Translations under genes and position numbers: made by a program
Notes under the pieces: model-generated
Databases searched by the model: none
The model's input: the letters and a program-made list of their open reading frames with translations, nothing else
What the model was told of the DNA's origin: nothing
Source: Candidatus Omnitrophota bacterium
GTDB taxonomy: Bacteria; Omnitrophota; Gorgyraeia; Zapsychrales; Zapsychraceae
Direction: 5' to 3'
NCBI GenBank assembly: GCA_015233195.1
Contig: JADFYE010000013.1
Coordinates: forward strand, 1 to 63,167
Length of the DNA stretch: 63,167 nucleotides
In this document: in pieces, positions 8,830 to 18,348 of the stretch
How the letters are laid out: each line of letters begins with the position of its first letter
Position numbering within the stretch: position 1 is the stretch's first letter

Positions 8830-10626
8830 ATGGCAAAACGCATATTTTTAATTATTTTTATTGGGTTATTGTTTTCGGCTAAATTAGTTTGGGCTGAGAT
8901 ACAATTTTCTGCTGAAGTTGATCATAATACAATTGGCTTGGATTCGTATATTCAGTTAAGTCTTAATGTTAGCGGAGCACAGGATGTAGCGCCGTTAACG
9001 ATAGCTATGGATGGGTTTGATGTAAAATATTTAGGACCATCCAGGAGAGTATCAATAGTTAATGGTCAGTATAGTTCTTCAGTATCTTTGAATTACGCGC
9101 TTTATCCTAAAAAAGTTGGATCTTTTGAAGTGCCTGCGCTCACAATAGAGGCGGATGGTAAAAAATTTACGTCTCCGGAAATTAAAGTGAATGTTGTCGC
9201 TGGAGGGGAAAGCGGTACGGCTGGTGCTGCGGCTCCAATCCAGAATTTGGAAGATAAGTTATTTTTAGTCCAGCAGTTAGAAAAAAAGGAAGTTTATGTA
9301 GGTGAAAAAACGAAAATTCAACTGGCATTATTTGTTAGTGACTTGCAAGTAAGGGATATTCAGTACCCAAAGATGGAGGCTGATGGCGTAGAGTTTGAAG
9401 ATTATGCTGAACCAAAACAAACTCAGCAGATTGTGAATGGGGTAAGGTATAACGTGGTATTATTTGATAGATATTTTTATCCTAAACGATCAGGCGATAT
9501 AGTTTTTAAACCAGCTACTGCTGGATGTCAGATGCTTATTGCTAAACGGAATAATAAAAATGTTCCAGGTCAGTTTGGTACAATGTTCGACCAGGATTTT
9601 TTGAATGATTTTTTTGATCTGCAGGAAAAGCGACCAATGACTGTAACGTCTAAGGAAATAACATTAAAGGTTAAAGACTTGCCTCAAGAAAATAAACCGG
9701 AGAAATTTTCAGGTGGAGTTGGAAATTTTGTTTTTGATATTTCAGTTGCGCCGCAGCAGGTAAAAGTCGGTGATCCTTTAACAATTAAGATGAGCATTAC
9801 TGGTGAAGGGAACTTGCGGGATGTGAAATTCCCGGATTTTGCTGACATAGCGGATCTCAAAGTATATGATCCAATAATTAAGTTACAGGGAAATGCGAAA
9901 AACTTAGAACAAGTTTTAATTGTAAAAAATAAAAATTTTCAGGAAATACCAGCAGTAAAGTTTTACTATTTTGATCCTACTGAAGAAACATATAAAACTA
10001 TTGTAAAAGGACCTTTTAAGCTTTCAGTTTTACCGCCTGACGAGAGCGAACAACCTAAAGTCGTTGCTTATGATAACCAAGTTAAAACGATTGAGCCTGA
10101 AAAATTAGGCGAGGATATTTTGTTTATTAAGGATCAGGTAGGAGAGCTTCACCCTACAGGAAAAAGGTTTTATCATCACTGGATGTTTTATTTAATGTGG
10201 CTTTTGATATTATCAGTTTGGGGTGGCGCTTATTTTTACTATAGTTTAAATATGCGGTTGAAGACTGACACGAAATTCGCTAAGAGTTTAAAAGCTCCTC
10301 GTCATGCAAAGCAAGGTTTTGCAAAAGCTGCGCAATATTTAGAACAGCAAAAAGTAAAAGAATTTTATGATGTTTTATTTGAGACTTTGGCTTTGTATAT
10401 GGCTAATAAATTCGATCTGCCGGTTGGTGAAATTTCTTCTGCAAAATTAAATGAGCGTTTTAAGAATAATGAGAGCTGGCAGTCGGTAGCATGGGACTTA
10501 GCAAATATTTTTGAAGAATGCGACGCAGTACGTTTTGCGCAAGCTAATATCAGTGTTCAGCGTATGCAGGAGTCGTATTTGAAAGCTGAAAAGATTATTG
10601 ATCATTTAGAAAGGGTTTGGCGATGA
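8830..10626 (+). CDS. batD: BatD-type (oxygen-tolerance) large exported/membrane protein
   Basis: Start at MAKRIFLIIFIGLL (signal peptide), 4 nt after the batC stop. TM helices near the C-terminus (WMFYLMWLLILSVWGGAYFYY). Position in operon fits. Confidence 0.75.
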   Translation: MAKRIFLIIFIGLLFSAKLVWAEIQFSAEVDHNTIGLDSYIQLSLNVSGAQDVAPLTIAMDGFDVKYLGPSRRVSIVNGQYSSSVSLNYALYPKKVGSFEVPALTIEADGKKFTSPEIKVNVVAGGESGTAGAAAPIQNLEDKLFLVQQLEKKEVYVGEKTKIQLALFVSDLQVRDIQYPKMEADGVEFEDYAEPKQTQQIVNGVRYNVVLFDRYFYPKRSGDIVFKPATAGCQMLIAKRNNKNVPGQFGTMFDQDFLNDFFDLQEKRPMTVTSKEITLKVKDLPQENKPEKFSGGVGNFVFDISVAPQQVKVGDPLTIKMSITGEGNLRDVKFPDFADIADLKVYDPIIKLQGNAKNLEQVLIVKNKNFQEIPAVKFYYFDPTEETYKTIVKGPFKLSVLPPDESEQPKVVAYDNQVKTIEPEKLGEDILFIKDQVGELHPTGKRFYHHWMFYLMWLLILSVWGGAYFYYSLNMRLKTDTKFAKSLKAPRHAKQGFAKAAQYLEQQKVKEFYDVLFETLALYMANKFDLPVGEISSAKLNERFKNNESWQSVAWDLANIFEECDAVRFAQANISVQRMQESYLKAEKIIDHLERVWR

Positions 10627-11369
10627 AACGTTATATTGGTTTGATCACCATGTTAATAGGCATGTTTTTTAGTCAACAAGTTTTTGCGAGTTCAAGTTCA
10701 ATATTTAAGAGTGATCTTCAAGATGCCGCAGAATTTTATAAAAATGGGAAATATAAAGAGAGCGCTGAAGTTTATCAAAATATTTTGGATCAAAAGATGG
10801 AGAATGGAGCAATTCATTATAATTTAGGTAATGCGTATTTTAAAAATAGTCAGCTAGGGAAAGCTATTTTAGAATATGAGAGGGCGTTGCGTTTAATGCC
10901 TAGGGATAGAGATGTATTGTTTAATTTGCAACATGCTGAAAGTTTAGTAAAAGGTCCGAGTGTGGACGCTAATATGCCGTGGATAACGGTAAAATTGCAT
11001 AATTTTAATTTTGATGAGATATTAAAATTTTTTCTTTGGGTATTATTTCTAAGCGGTACGATTATTATTGCTTCATTCTTTTTAGGATATTCAAATACTA
11101 CCCGTTTTATATTGGCAGGGTTAAGTGTTGTTATATTAAGTGCAACATTTTGTGCCATGATAATAAAAAAGAATATGGAGCATGGTCTGGCTATAACTAT
11201 GACTCAAAGTGATGTTAAATTTGAGCCGCGTAAAGATGCTACCACGCATTTTGTAGTATACGAAGGAACTAAGGTTAGAATTAAGCAAGAAGTTGACGGC
11301 TGGCATAAGATTGAACGGTTAGATGGCAAGGGCGGGTGGATTGAAGATTTTGCAGCGGAAAAAATTTAG
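10623..11369 (+). CDS. batE: BatE-type TPR + SH3b-domain protein
   Basis: ATGA overlap with the batD stop. TPR (YNLGNAYFKNSQLGKAILEYERAL), TM segments, C-terminal SH3b-like VRIKQEVDGWHKIERLDGKGGWI. Confidence 0.75.
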   Translation: MKRYIGLITMLIGMFFSQQVFASSSSIFKSDLQDAAEFYKNGKYKESAEVYQNILDQKMENGAIHYNLGNAYFKNSQLGKAILEYERALRLMPRDRDVLFNLQHAESLVKGPSVDANMPWITVKLHNFNFDEILKFFLWVLFLSGTIIIASFFLGYSNTTRFILAGLSVVILSATFCAMIIKKNMEHGLAITMTQSDVKFEPRKDATTHFVVYEGTKVRIKQEVDGWHKIERLDGKGGWIEDFAAEKI

Positions 11370-12532
11370 TTGGCTAGTGTTTCTTCCACAATCTGCGCGG
11401 CGCGTTCTGCAGCACCACCATGATCTAATTTTGACCGCACGTCCCGTAATTTTGATTTGATATCTGCAATGCGTATTTCATTGGTTATCATAGACCGCAT
11501 TTCATCCGCGATATTTTCAGGAGTTGCGTTGAATTGGATTAGTTCTGGCACAATGGACTTTCCGGCAATAATATTAGGTAAGCCTAAGAAAGGAATTTTT
11601 ATTAGCATTTTACCGAGGAGATAAGTCAGCAAATTGGTTTTATAAATTATAACCATTGGTTTTACTAATAATGCTACTTCCAGGGTGGCAGTACCAGATG
11701 CGACCATGCATACACTGCAGGCGTTTATTGAATTATAATTACCTTCTTCGGAAATTTTCATATTAAGATCGTCGAAGTTCTTTAAATGGTTTTCCAGCTG
11801 TTCAGTGGATATTGTAGGCGCTTTAACTAAAATTAATTGTATCCAGGAGAATTCTTTTTTCAATAATCGGGCAGCTTCAAGCATTGGATCGAGTAAAGAT
11901 TCAATTTCTTTATATCGTGATCCGGGTAATAGCCCGATGGTAAGCCGATCGTACATCAATCCCAGTTTCTCGTGTACTAGGTCAGCATGAAGAGTGGGCT
12001 TGACCATATCTACTAATGGATGACCAACACAGTCGACTTTAACTCCAAATTTTTCATAAAAGTTTTTTTCAAAATTGAAAAATACCATCATCCGGTCAAC
12101 GTATTTTTGTATGAAAAATACTCGATTTGCTTTCCATGCCCATACTTGGGGGCTGACATAATAAATTACTTTGATGCCGCCCAGTTTTTTTATTTTTTTG
12201 GCTAAGCGCAGGTTAAATCCAGGATAATCTACCAGTATTACAGCGTCTGGTTTTTGAGTTTTGATCAAATTCAGCGTCTGATCAAATATGGTTTTTATTT
12301 CTTTAAAGTGGGTGATTACTTCCCAAACTCCAATAAATGCCATTTTGGTTAAGTCTTCATAGATATGAACGCCGGCTTTACGCAGATGTTCACCGCCCAT
12401 ACCAGAAAAACTTACGTTAGGCATGCGGTGTTTAATGGCTTCTACTAAATGAGAGGCATGAATGTCGCCTGAAGCTTCACCTGCAACTATGAAGATATGT
12501 TTGTTAGTTTTTTTATTTATTTCAGAAAGCAT
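11366..12532 (-). CDS. lpxB: Lipid-A-disaccharide synthase
   Basis: N-terminal FIVAGEASGDIHASHLV, a length of 388 aa and the VDYPGFNLRLAKKIK motif. Convergent 4-nt overlap with batE. Confidence 0.9.
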   Translation of the reverse strand: MLSEINKKTNKHIFIVAGEASGDIHASHLVEAIKHRMPNVSFSGMGGEHLRKAGVHIYEDLTKMAFIGVWEVITHFKEIKTIFDQTLNLIKTQKPDAVILVDYPGFNLRLAKKIKKLGGIKVIYYVSPQVWAWKANRVFFIQKYVDRMMVFFNFEKNFYEKFGVKVDCVGHPLVDMVKPTLHADLVHEKLGLMYDRLTIGLLPGSRYKEIESLLDPMLEAARLLKKEFSWIQLILVKAPTISTEQLENHLKNFDDLNMKISEEGNYNSINACSVCMVASGTATLEVALLVKPMVIIYKTNLLTYLLGKMLIKIPFLGLPNIIAGKSIVPELIQFNATPENIADEMRSMITNEIRIADIKSKLRDVRSKLDHGGAAERAAQIVEETLAN

Positions 12533-12564
12533 ATATATTCAGATAATGATTATTTAATTAACTG

Positions 12565-12686
12565 GAACTGTTGAAAAATACTTAGATGCAAGGCATTCGA
12601 GAGTGAGCGCGGAGACGTACGCGGTTGGTACGTCGCACAAACGAGCGAACGAATAACGCAGCAGATGAGCGTTTTGCAACAGTTTC
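12565..12686 (+). repeat. Intergenic hairpin repeat, family B, copy 1 (imperfect palindrome with terminal inverted repeats)
   Basis: 122 nt. Ends gaactgttgaaaa / ttttgcaacagtttc pair; central stem gacgtac-N7-gtacgtc (12614-12634). Aligns along its whole length with the reverse complement of 25027-25152. Confidence 0.85.
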
Positions 12687-12741
12687 GATATGTTAACAAA
12701 GAGGTCGACAAAAGTCAATCCGTGTGATAATATCGCCCCTT

Positions 12742-14538
12742 ATGAATAACTATATAAAACTCTTAAGATTTCTAAAGCCGCACCTAAAAATATTTTATAT
12801 TGCTATAGTAGCAATATTTATAGGAAGTATTTTTCAGGTGTTTCAATACTCAATGCTGGTGCCATTAATCGACCGGATTTTTACTAATCAGAAGATGATT
12901 GTGCCTAACTCGCATTTGCCGCAGTTTGTCGCTCATTTAGTAGACCAAATCAATTCTATGGATCGCAAATACTTGTTAAAGATAGGGTTGATTGCGTTTA
13001 TGATTGGTTTTGTGCTTAAACAATTCTTAACAGTTACTTATGAATATTTGATTAATTCGGTATCCCAAGGCGTAATGCGGGATATCCGGTATCTTTTGTA
13101 TTCTAAGATCCAAGATTTGTCTATGGAGTATTTTAGTAAAAAACGTACGGGTGAATTAATATCCCGTATTACGAATGATGTTAATGTCGTCGAGAATGCA
13201 GTATCTTACGCGTGCATTGATTTATTCCGTCAGACTTTTATGATAATTTTTTGTGTTATAACTTCATTTGTCCTGTATCCAAAGGGAGCTATAGTTATTT
13301 TTTTCATTTTTCCGGTGATCGCTTTGCCGATAAGCCAGATTGGGAAAAAACTTAGAAAGATATCTAAAGGTACTCAGGAAAAAATGGCAGATATAAATTC
13401 GCATCTTTTAGAAACGATATCCGGAGTTAAGGTGGTAAAAGCTTTTTGTTCTGAAAAATATGAAAAAGATCGTTTTAAGGTGAGGAATCAAGATTTTTAT
13501 AAATTAAAAATGAAATCAGTACGTAGGTTAATCATAATTTCACCTTTGACAGAACTTATAGCCGGTTTTTTTATGGTAGGCGTGATTGCGGCTTTAGCTG
13601 CTCCAGTTATGGAGGGCAAGATGTCTTTTGGTGTATTAGGAATGTTTATTGGGGCGATAATGTTGATCATTAGTCCAGTAAAAAAAATCGGAAATGCTGT
13701 AGCTTTGATCCAGCAGGGTTTAGCAGCTAATTCCAGGATATACGAAGTTTTAGAAGCCGAGATAGTGGTAAAAGAATCATCTTCTGCGGTTGAGTTACCC
13801 AGGTTTTCATCATCAATAAAGATTGAAAATGTTGATTTTCATTATCACCAGGAATCTGGCATTGTTTTAAAAGGGATCAATATTGAAGTGAAGAGTGGTG
13901 AAGTGGTGGCTATTGTTGGACCGACTGGTACGGGAAAAACTACTTTAGTTAATTTGATCCCGCGTTTTTATGATCCTACTGTAGGCAGGGTAGCCATTGA
14001 TGGACGAGATATTAAAGAGTTTACTTTAAAATCATTGCGCGGGCAGATTGGGATTGTGAGCCAGGAAGCGGTTTTGTTTAATGATACAGTTAGATCTAAT
14101 ATCGCGTATGGTATGCCGAATGTTACGCAGTCGCAGATCGAAGATGCGGCACAAAAAGCGTTTGCGCATCAGTTTGTCATGAAAATGCCGCACGGCTATG
14201 ATACTATGGTAGGAGATCGAGGATTCCGGTTGTCTGGAGGAGAAAAACAGAGGTTGACCATTGCTAGGGCTATTTTGAAAAATGCACCGATTTTGATTTT
14301 GGATGAGGCGACTTCGCATCTTGATTCTGAGTCTGAACAATATATTCAATCCGCGTTGTATGAATTCATGAAAGGGCGCACTGTAGTAGCTATAGCTCAC
14401 CGGCTGTCAACTATTAAAAAGTCGGATAAGATCGTGGTAATTGAAAAAGGTCAGATTGTAGGACAAGGTAAACATGAAGAACTTTTGCAGACCTGCCAAT
14501 TATATAATAAACTTTATACTATGCAATTCCAGGCGTAA
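12742..14538 (+). CDS. msbA: Lipid A/LPS flippase-type ABC transporter (fused TMD-NBD)
   Basis: Six-TM domain plus NBD with Walker A GPTGTGKTT, signature LSGGEKQR, Walker B ILILDEATS. Divergent from lpxB. Start ambiguous: ATG 12742 or GTG 12724. Confidence 0.8.
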   Translation: MNNYIKLLRFLKPHLKIFYIAIVAIFIGSIFQVFQYSMLVPLIDRIFTNQKMIVPNSHLPQFVAHLVDQINSMDRKYLLKIGLIAFMIGFVLKQFLTVTYEYLINSVSQGVMRDIRYLLYSKIQDLSMEYFSKKRTGELISRITNDVNVVENAVSYACIDLFRQTFMIIFCVITSFVLYPKGAIVIFFIFPVIALPISQIGKKLRKISKGTQEKMADINSHLLETISGVKVVKAFCSEKYEKDRFKVRNQDFYKLKMKSVRRLIIISPLTELIAGFFMVGVIAALAAPVMEGKMSFGVLGMFIGAIMLIISPVKKIGNAVALIQQGLAANSRIYEVLEAEIVVKESSSAVELPRFSSSIKIENVDFHYHQESGIVLKGINIEVKSGEVVAIVGPTGTGKTTLVNLIPRFYDPTVGRVAIDGRDIKEFTLKSLRGQIGIVSQEAVLFNDTVRSNIAYGMPNVTQSQIEDAAQKAFAHQFVMKMPHGYDTMVGDRGFRLSGGEKQRLTIARAILKNAPILILDEATSHLDSESEQYIQSALYEFMKGRTVVAIAHRLSTIKKSDKIVVIEKGQIVGQGKHEELLQTCQLYNKLYTMQFQA

Positions 14539-14548
14539 AAAATAATAG

Positions 14549-14577
14549 TTGAAAAATAAATTTATTTTGGATATACT
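14549..14577 (+). promoter_or_regulatory. Putative sigma70-type promoter for rpsB-tsf-pyrH-frr
   Basis: ttgaaa (14549-14554), 17-nt spacer, tatact (14572-14577). Leaves a 5' UTR of about 110 nt. Confidence 0.4.
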
Positions 14578-14695
14578 AACCGCCACATTTGTACTGGGTG
14601 CAAATGTATATTAATCTTTAACAACTTTATATTAGATATGCGCTGCTAAAAGCCAGGTGAAGATATAAAGTTGAAACAAATCAAATGGAGGTTTT

Positions 14696-15436
14696 ATGAT
14701 TGATGAAGTGATTAAGAAGATGCTGGAAGCTGGTGTTCATTTTGGACATCAAACTAAACGTTGGAACCCGAAAATGAAGAAGTATATTTTCGGTCAAAGA
14801 AGCGGCATTTATATCATTGATTTGGAAAAAACTTTAGAATGTTTGAATAAAGCTAAAGATTTTGCTAGAGATATTGCTTTAAAAGGTGGACGGATTTTGT
14901 TTGTTGGAACTAAAAAACAAGCCCAAATGACCGTTGAACAAGAAGCGAACCGCGTAGAAATGTTCTACGTAAAGAACCGTTGGTCAGGTGGTCTTTTGAC
15001 AAATTTTCAGACGGTTAAAGGTTCAATTGCCCGTTTACGCGAAATTGAAAAAATGAAAGAAAATGGGGTTTGGGAAAATCTTAAGAAAAAAGAAGTTGCC
15101 CGTTTGACTAAAGAAAGCGAAAAGTTAATTTTTAATTTTGGCGGTATTTTAAATATGAAGGATATCCCTCAGGCAGTATTCATAGTTGATCCTCACAAAG
15201 AGCAGAACGCGGTACGCGAATCTAAAAAATTAGGCATTCCAGTAATTGCAATTATTGATACTAACGGTGATCCTGATGCGATTGATTTCCCGATACCAGG
15301 AAATGATGACGCGCTAAAATCTATTAGTTTGATCGCTAATTTAGTCACTGAAAGTGTTCTGGAAGGTCGTAAAGAATTTAAGACTACTCAAACCATGAAA
15401 GCAAAAGCATCGCAGGAAGATAAGCCTGCGGCTTAA
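14696..15436 (+). CDS. rpsB: 30S ribosomal protein S2
   Basis: RBS ggagg. MLEAGVHFGHQTKRWNPKM. Confidence 0.97.
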   Translation: MIDEVIKKMLEAGVHFGHQTKRWNPKMKKYIFGQRSGIYIIDLEKTLECLNKAKDFARDIALKGGRILFVGTKKQAQMTVEQEANRVEMFYVKNRWSGGLLTNFQTVKGSIARLREIEKMKENGVWENLKKKEVARLTKESEKLIFNFGGILNMKDIPQAVFIVDPHKEQNAVRESKKLGIPVIAIIDTNGDPDAIDFPIPGNDDALKSISLIANLVTESVLEGRKEFKTTQTMKAKASQEDKPAA

Positions 15437-15455
15437 TAATAGTGAAGGAAATAAT

Positions 15456-15980
15456 ATGGCAATTTCAGCTGAAGATATTAAAAAACTCCGTGAAATGACG
15501 TCTTGCGGAGTCATTGAATGTAAAAAAGCATTAGAATCATCTAACGGCGATTTTGAAAAAGCAAAAAAAATTTTGCAAGAACGCGGTTTAGAGCTTGCAG
15601 CTAAGAAAGTCGGTCGGGTAGCAAAAGAAGGAAGAATCGAGACCTATATTCATCCTGGAAATAAATTAGCAGTTATTGTTGAGGTTTCGTGCGAAACTGA
15701 TTTCGTAGCTAAAGGCGTGGAGTTTGCTGCTTTTGTAAAAAATTTAGCGATGCACATTGCTGCATTTGGACCTAAATATTTAAGTCGAGAAGATGTGCCT
15801 GAAGCAGATGTTAAAGCTGCGGCTAATGCTGAACAATATTTTAAAGAAGTTTGTTTGTTAGAACAACCGTTTGTGAAAGATCCTAGTAAGACTATAAAAG
15901 ATTGTATTACTGGTCTGATCGGAAGCATCGGAGAAAATATTTATATTAATCGATTTGTTCGTTACAAGGTCGGTGAATAG
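15456..15980 (+). CDS. tsf: Elongation factor Ts (short, 174-aa form)
   Basis: UBA-like N-terminus [34 protein letters not shown]; core ETDFVAK. Follows rpsB. Confidence 0.93.
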   Translation: MAISAEDIKKLREMTSCGVIECKKALESSNGDFEKAKKILQERGLELAAKKVGRVAKEGRIETYIHPGNKLAVIVEVSCETDFVAKGVEFAAFVKNLAMHIAAFGPKYLSREDVPEADVKAAANAEQYFKEVCLLEQPFVKDPSKTIKDCITGLIGSIGENIYINRFVRYKVGE

Positions 15981-16699
15981 TGAGCAATAAACCAATTTAC
16001 AAAAGGATCCTTTTAAAATTAAGCGGTGAAGCTTTAATGGGTCACCTTGATCATGGTATTGACGCTGACACCTGTGTGTTGTTCGCGAATCAGATCAAAG
16101 AGGTGGCAGATCTTGGAGTAAAAGTGGGAATTGTGGTCGGTGGCGGTAATATTTTTAGAGGACAAGTAGCTTCAAAATCATTTGATTTGGAGCGTACTGT
16201 AGCTGATTATATGGGCATGTTAGCCACGATCATGAATGGCTTAGCTTTGCAAAATGCTTTAGAGCATTTAGGTTTAGAGACTAGAGTTATGTCTGCCATA
16301 ACTATGACTGCAGTAGCTGAACCGTATATTCGTAGACGGGCGGTACGTCATTTGGAAAAAGGTAGAGTAGTTATTTTTGTAGGCGGGACTGGCAATCCGT
16401 ATTTTACGACGGATACTGCCGCAGCTTTGAGGGCTAGTGAAATAAACGCGGATGTGATTATGAAAGCTACTAAAGTCGATGGAGTTTATTCGGATGATCC
16501 GCTGAAAAATAAAAGCGCGGTTAAATATGACGATATACAGTTTATCGACGCGTTGAAACAAAATTTGAAAGTCATGGATTCTACAGCAATCAGTATGTGT
16601 ATGGATAATAAAATGCCGATAGTTGTATTTAATTTGTTGCAGCAGGGAAATATAAAGCGGGTAGTTTTGGGTGAAAAGATTGGAACTATTGTTCATTAA
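15980..16699 (+). CDS. pyrH: UMP kinase
   Basis: GTG start overlapping the tsf stop by 1 nt. [20 protein letters not shown]. Confidence 0.95.
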   Translation: MSNKPIYKRILLKLSGEALMGHLDHGIDADTCVLFANQIKEVADLGVKVGIVVGGGNIFRGQVASKSFDLERTVADYMGMLATIMNGLALQNALEHLGLETRVMSAITMTAVAEPYIRRRAVRHLEKGRVVIFVGGTGNPYFTTDTAAALRASEINADVIMKATKVDGVYSDDPLKNKSAVKYDDIQFIDALKQNLKVMDSTAISMCMDNKMPIVVFNLLQQGNIKRVVLGEKIGTIVH

Positions 16700-16709
16700 G
16701 GAGGCGCAT

Positions 16710-17267
16710 ATGCTGGGAAAAGAAATGATCAAGCAGACCGATGATAAGATGAGCAAAGCAATTGAATCAGCACGCCGTGAATTTAATGAAGTGCGTACTG
16801 GACGGGCGCATCCGGGTTTAATTGAAGGCATGCACATTGACTATTGCGGTACTCACATGTCTGTAAAACAGGTTGCGTCGATCACTATTCCTGATCCTCG
16901 TACAGTTTTGATTCAACCTTGGGATCCAGGCGTTATACCCGAGATTGAAAAAGCGGTTAACGCGTCAGCATTGGGCGCTACTTGTTCCAATGATGGTAAA
17001 ATTATGCGTTTGAATATTCCGGCTTTATCTGAAGAACGCCGGAATGAAATGAAAAAAGTAGTTAAAGATATGGCGGAAAAATCCCGCGTTTCTTTGCGTA
17101 CTATTCGTCGCGAGGCTAATGATAAACTTAAAAAGATGCAGACGGATAAGACCATGACGGAAGATGATTATTATCGCGCCCACGACGAGATCCAGAAGAT
17201 TACGGATCGTTATATAAAAGATATCGACGCTCTTTTAGAGCAGAAAAGCAAAAATTTAATGGAATAA
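16710..17267 (+). CDS. frr: Ribosome recycling factor
   Basis: Start at MLGKEMI preceded by aaggagg; the track's 16671 start overlaps pyrH. Typical 185-aa RRF (VRTGRAHPGLIE, IPALSEERR). Confidence 0.95.
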   Translation: MLGKEMIKQTDDKMSKAIESARREFNEVRTGRAHPGLIEGMHIDYCGTHMSVKQVASITIPDPRTVLIQPWDPGVIPEIEKAVNASALGATCSNDGKIMRLNIPALSEERRNEMKKVVKDMAEKSRVSLRTIRREANDKLKKMQTDKTMTEDDYYRAHDEIQKITDRYIKDIDALLEQKSKNLME

Positions 17268-17268
17268 T

Positions 17269-17290
17269 ATTTTCCGTCGGAAAATTTTTT
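17269..17290 (+). terminator. Putative intrinsic terminator after frr
   Basis: Stem attttcc/ggaaaat with 3-nt loop, then a T-run. The stem is AT-rich and therefore weak. Confidence 0.4.
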
Positions 17291-17300
17291 AAAAAATCCA

Positions 17301-17329
17301 TTGACTGTCATTAATATTTTTGGTAAAAA
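17301..17329 (+). promoter_or_regulatory. Putative extended -10 promoter of the tRNA cluster
   Basis: ttgact (17301-17306), 17-nt spacer ending tgg, then taaaaa (17324-17329). Confidence 0.45.
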
Positions 17330-17392
17330 GTACGTTCTTAAATAATTTTTTATTACCGGAATCAGTAAGTATTTTAGTGTTATGCATTTTTT

Positions 17393-17465
17393 GAGCCACT
17401 AGCTCATCCGGTAGAGCACAGCCCTTTTAAGGCTGGGGTGCCGCGTTCGAGTCGCGGGTGGCTCA
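17393..17465 (+). tRNA. tRNA-Lys (anticodon UUU)
   Basis: Hand-folded cloverleaf: acceptor gagccac/gtggctc, anticodon stem cagcc/ggctg with loop cTTTTaa, T-arm ccgcg-ttcgagt-cgcgg. 73 nt. CCA not encoded. Confidence 0.93.
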
Positions 17466-17478
17466 CTTTATAACGCCT

Positions 17479-17563
17479 GGGCGGATGGCGAAATTGGTAG
17501 ACGCGCTAGTCTTAGGAACTAGTGGGGCGACTCATGGAGGTTCAAGTCCTCTTCCGCCCACCA
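17479..17563 (+). tRNA. tRNA-Leu (anticodon UAG), class II with long variable arm
   Basis: Acceptor gggcgga/tccgccc, anticodon stem ctagt/actag with loop ctTAGga, long variable arm, T-loop ttcaagt, encoded CCA. 85 nt. Confidence 0.92.
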
Positions 17564-17610
17564 GATGATACAGCCGGCAGGCTTTTAAATTAGACATTTT
17601 TAGGATTAAT

Positions 17611-17687
17611 GCGGCGGTAATTCAGTTGGCTAGAATGCCTCCTTGCCAAGGAGGATGTCGTGGGTTCGAATCCCATCCGCCGCTCCA
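17611..17687 (+). tRNA. tRNA-Gly (anticodon GCC)
   Basis: Acceptor gcggcgg/ccgccgc, anticodon stem cctcc/ggagg with loop ttGCCaa, T-loop ttcgaat, discriminator U, encoded CCA. Confidence 0.93.
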
Positions 17688-17693
17688 AATTTT

Positions 17694-17730
17694 CCCTGAA
17701 CCTCCCATGGTTCAGGGTTTTCTATTTTTT
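17694..17730 (+). terminator. Intrinsic terminator after the tRNA cluster
   Basis: Stem ccctgaacc/ggttcaggg (9 bp), loop tccca, followed by ttttctatttttt. Confidence 0.8.
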
Positions 17731-17846
17731 GTCATTTCACCAAATAAATCTATTGTCATTTTATTGATTTTATACTAAACTCTTTGAAACTGTTTTTAAT
17801 ACTCCAATTATTATTTTAATATATATTAACTTTTTAAGGAGGCTGT

Positions 17847-18323
17847 ATGAAAATTTCTGATTTCCTCGATAAGAAAGCGGTTTGCGCTGATCTTAAGAGT
17901 GATACTAAACCTGCAGTAATCACTGAGCTTGTTGATCTTCTGGTCGACGCTAATTTGATCGATAAGAAGAACAAGATTAAAGTTATCGAGGTGTTGATAG
18001 CTCGGGAAGAATTAGGATCTACCGCGATTGGTCAAGGGATCGCTATTCCGCATGCTAAGTGTGACGCGGTTAAAGAGTTGGTGGGGTGTTTAGGGGTAAG
18101 CAAGAAAGGGGTTAATTTCGATTCTCTAGACGGAGAATTGGCGCATATATTTTTCTTGTTGGTGGCACCGGTTGATTCGGCTGGTCCGCATTTGAAAGCG
18201 CTGGCTAAAATATCACGAATCTTAAAAGATAAATTTATACGGGATAGTTTAAAGAGTGCTAAAGATGAAGGTGTGATAATTAAGATCATAGAACAAGAAG
18301 ATATCCGTTTAGCTGCTATTTAA
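17847..18323 (+). CDS. ptsN: PTS EIIA (fructose/nitrogen-regulatory EIIA-Ntr type)
   Basis: RBS aaggagg. 158 aa. Phospho-His motif GQGIAIPHAK. No EIIB/EIIC nearby. Confidence 0.8.
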   Translation: MKISDFLDKKAVCADLKSDTKPAVITELVDLLVDANLIDKKNKIKVIEVLIAREELGSTAIGQGIAIPHAKCDAVKELVGCLGVSKKGVNFDSLDGELAHIFFLLVAPVDSAGPHLKALAKISRILKDKFIRDSLKSAKDEGVIIKIIEQEDIRLAAI

Positions 18324-18348
18324 ACCTTAAATTAGCAATAAATTAAAT

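Noticed and set aside
12705-12733. Promoter-like tcgaca-17-taatat upstream of msbA
   Set aside because: The -10 box would lie only about 8 nt before the ATG at 12742 and inside the alternative GTG-12724 reading frame. I cannot decide between a leaderless transcript and a false positive, so it is not reported as a feature.
15456-15980. Short (174-aa) EF-Ts as a possible truncation
   Set aside because: The ORF is intact, well spaced between rpsB and pyrH, and retains the UBA-like N-terminus and core motifs. Short EF-Ts forms (under 200 aa) are known in several phyla, so this is probably normal for the lineage.
16274-16837. 187-aa minus-strand ORF
   Set aside because: It lies entirely antisense to well-supported pyrH and frr. 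It has no RBS, its composition is Cys/Ser/Ile/Arg-rich and non-protein-like, and it is a shadow ORF.
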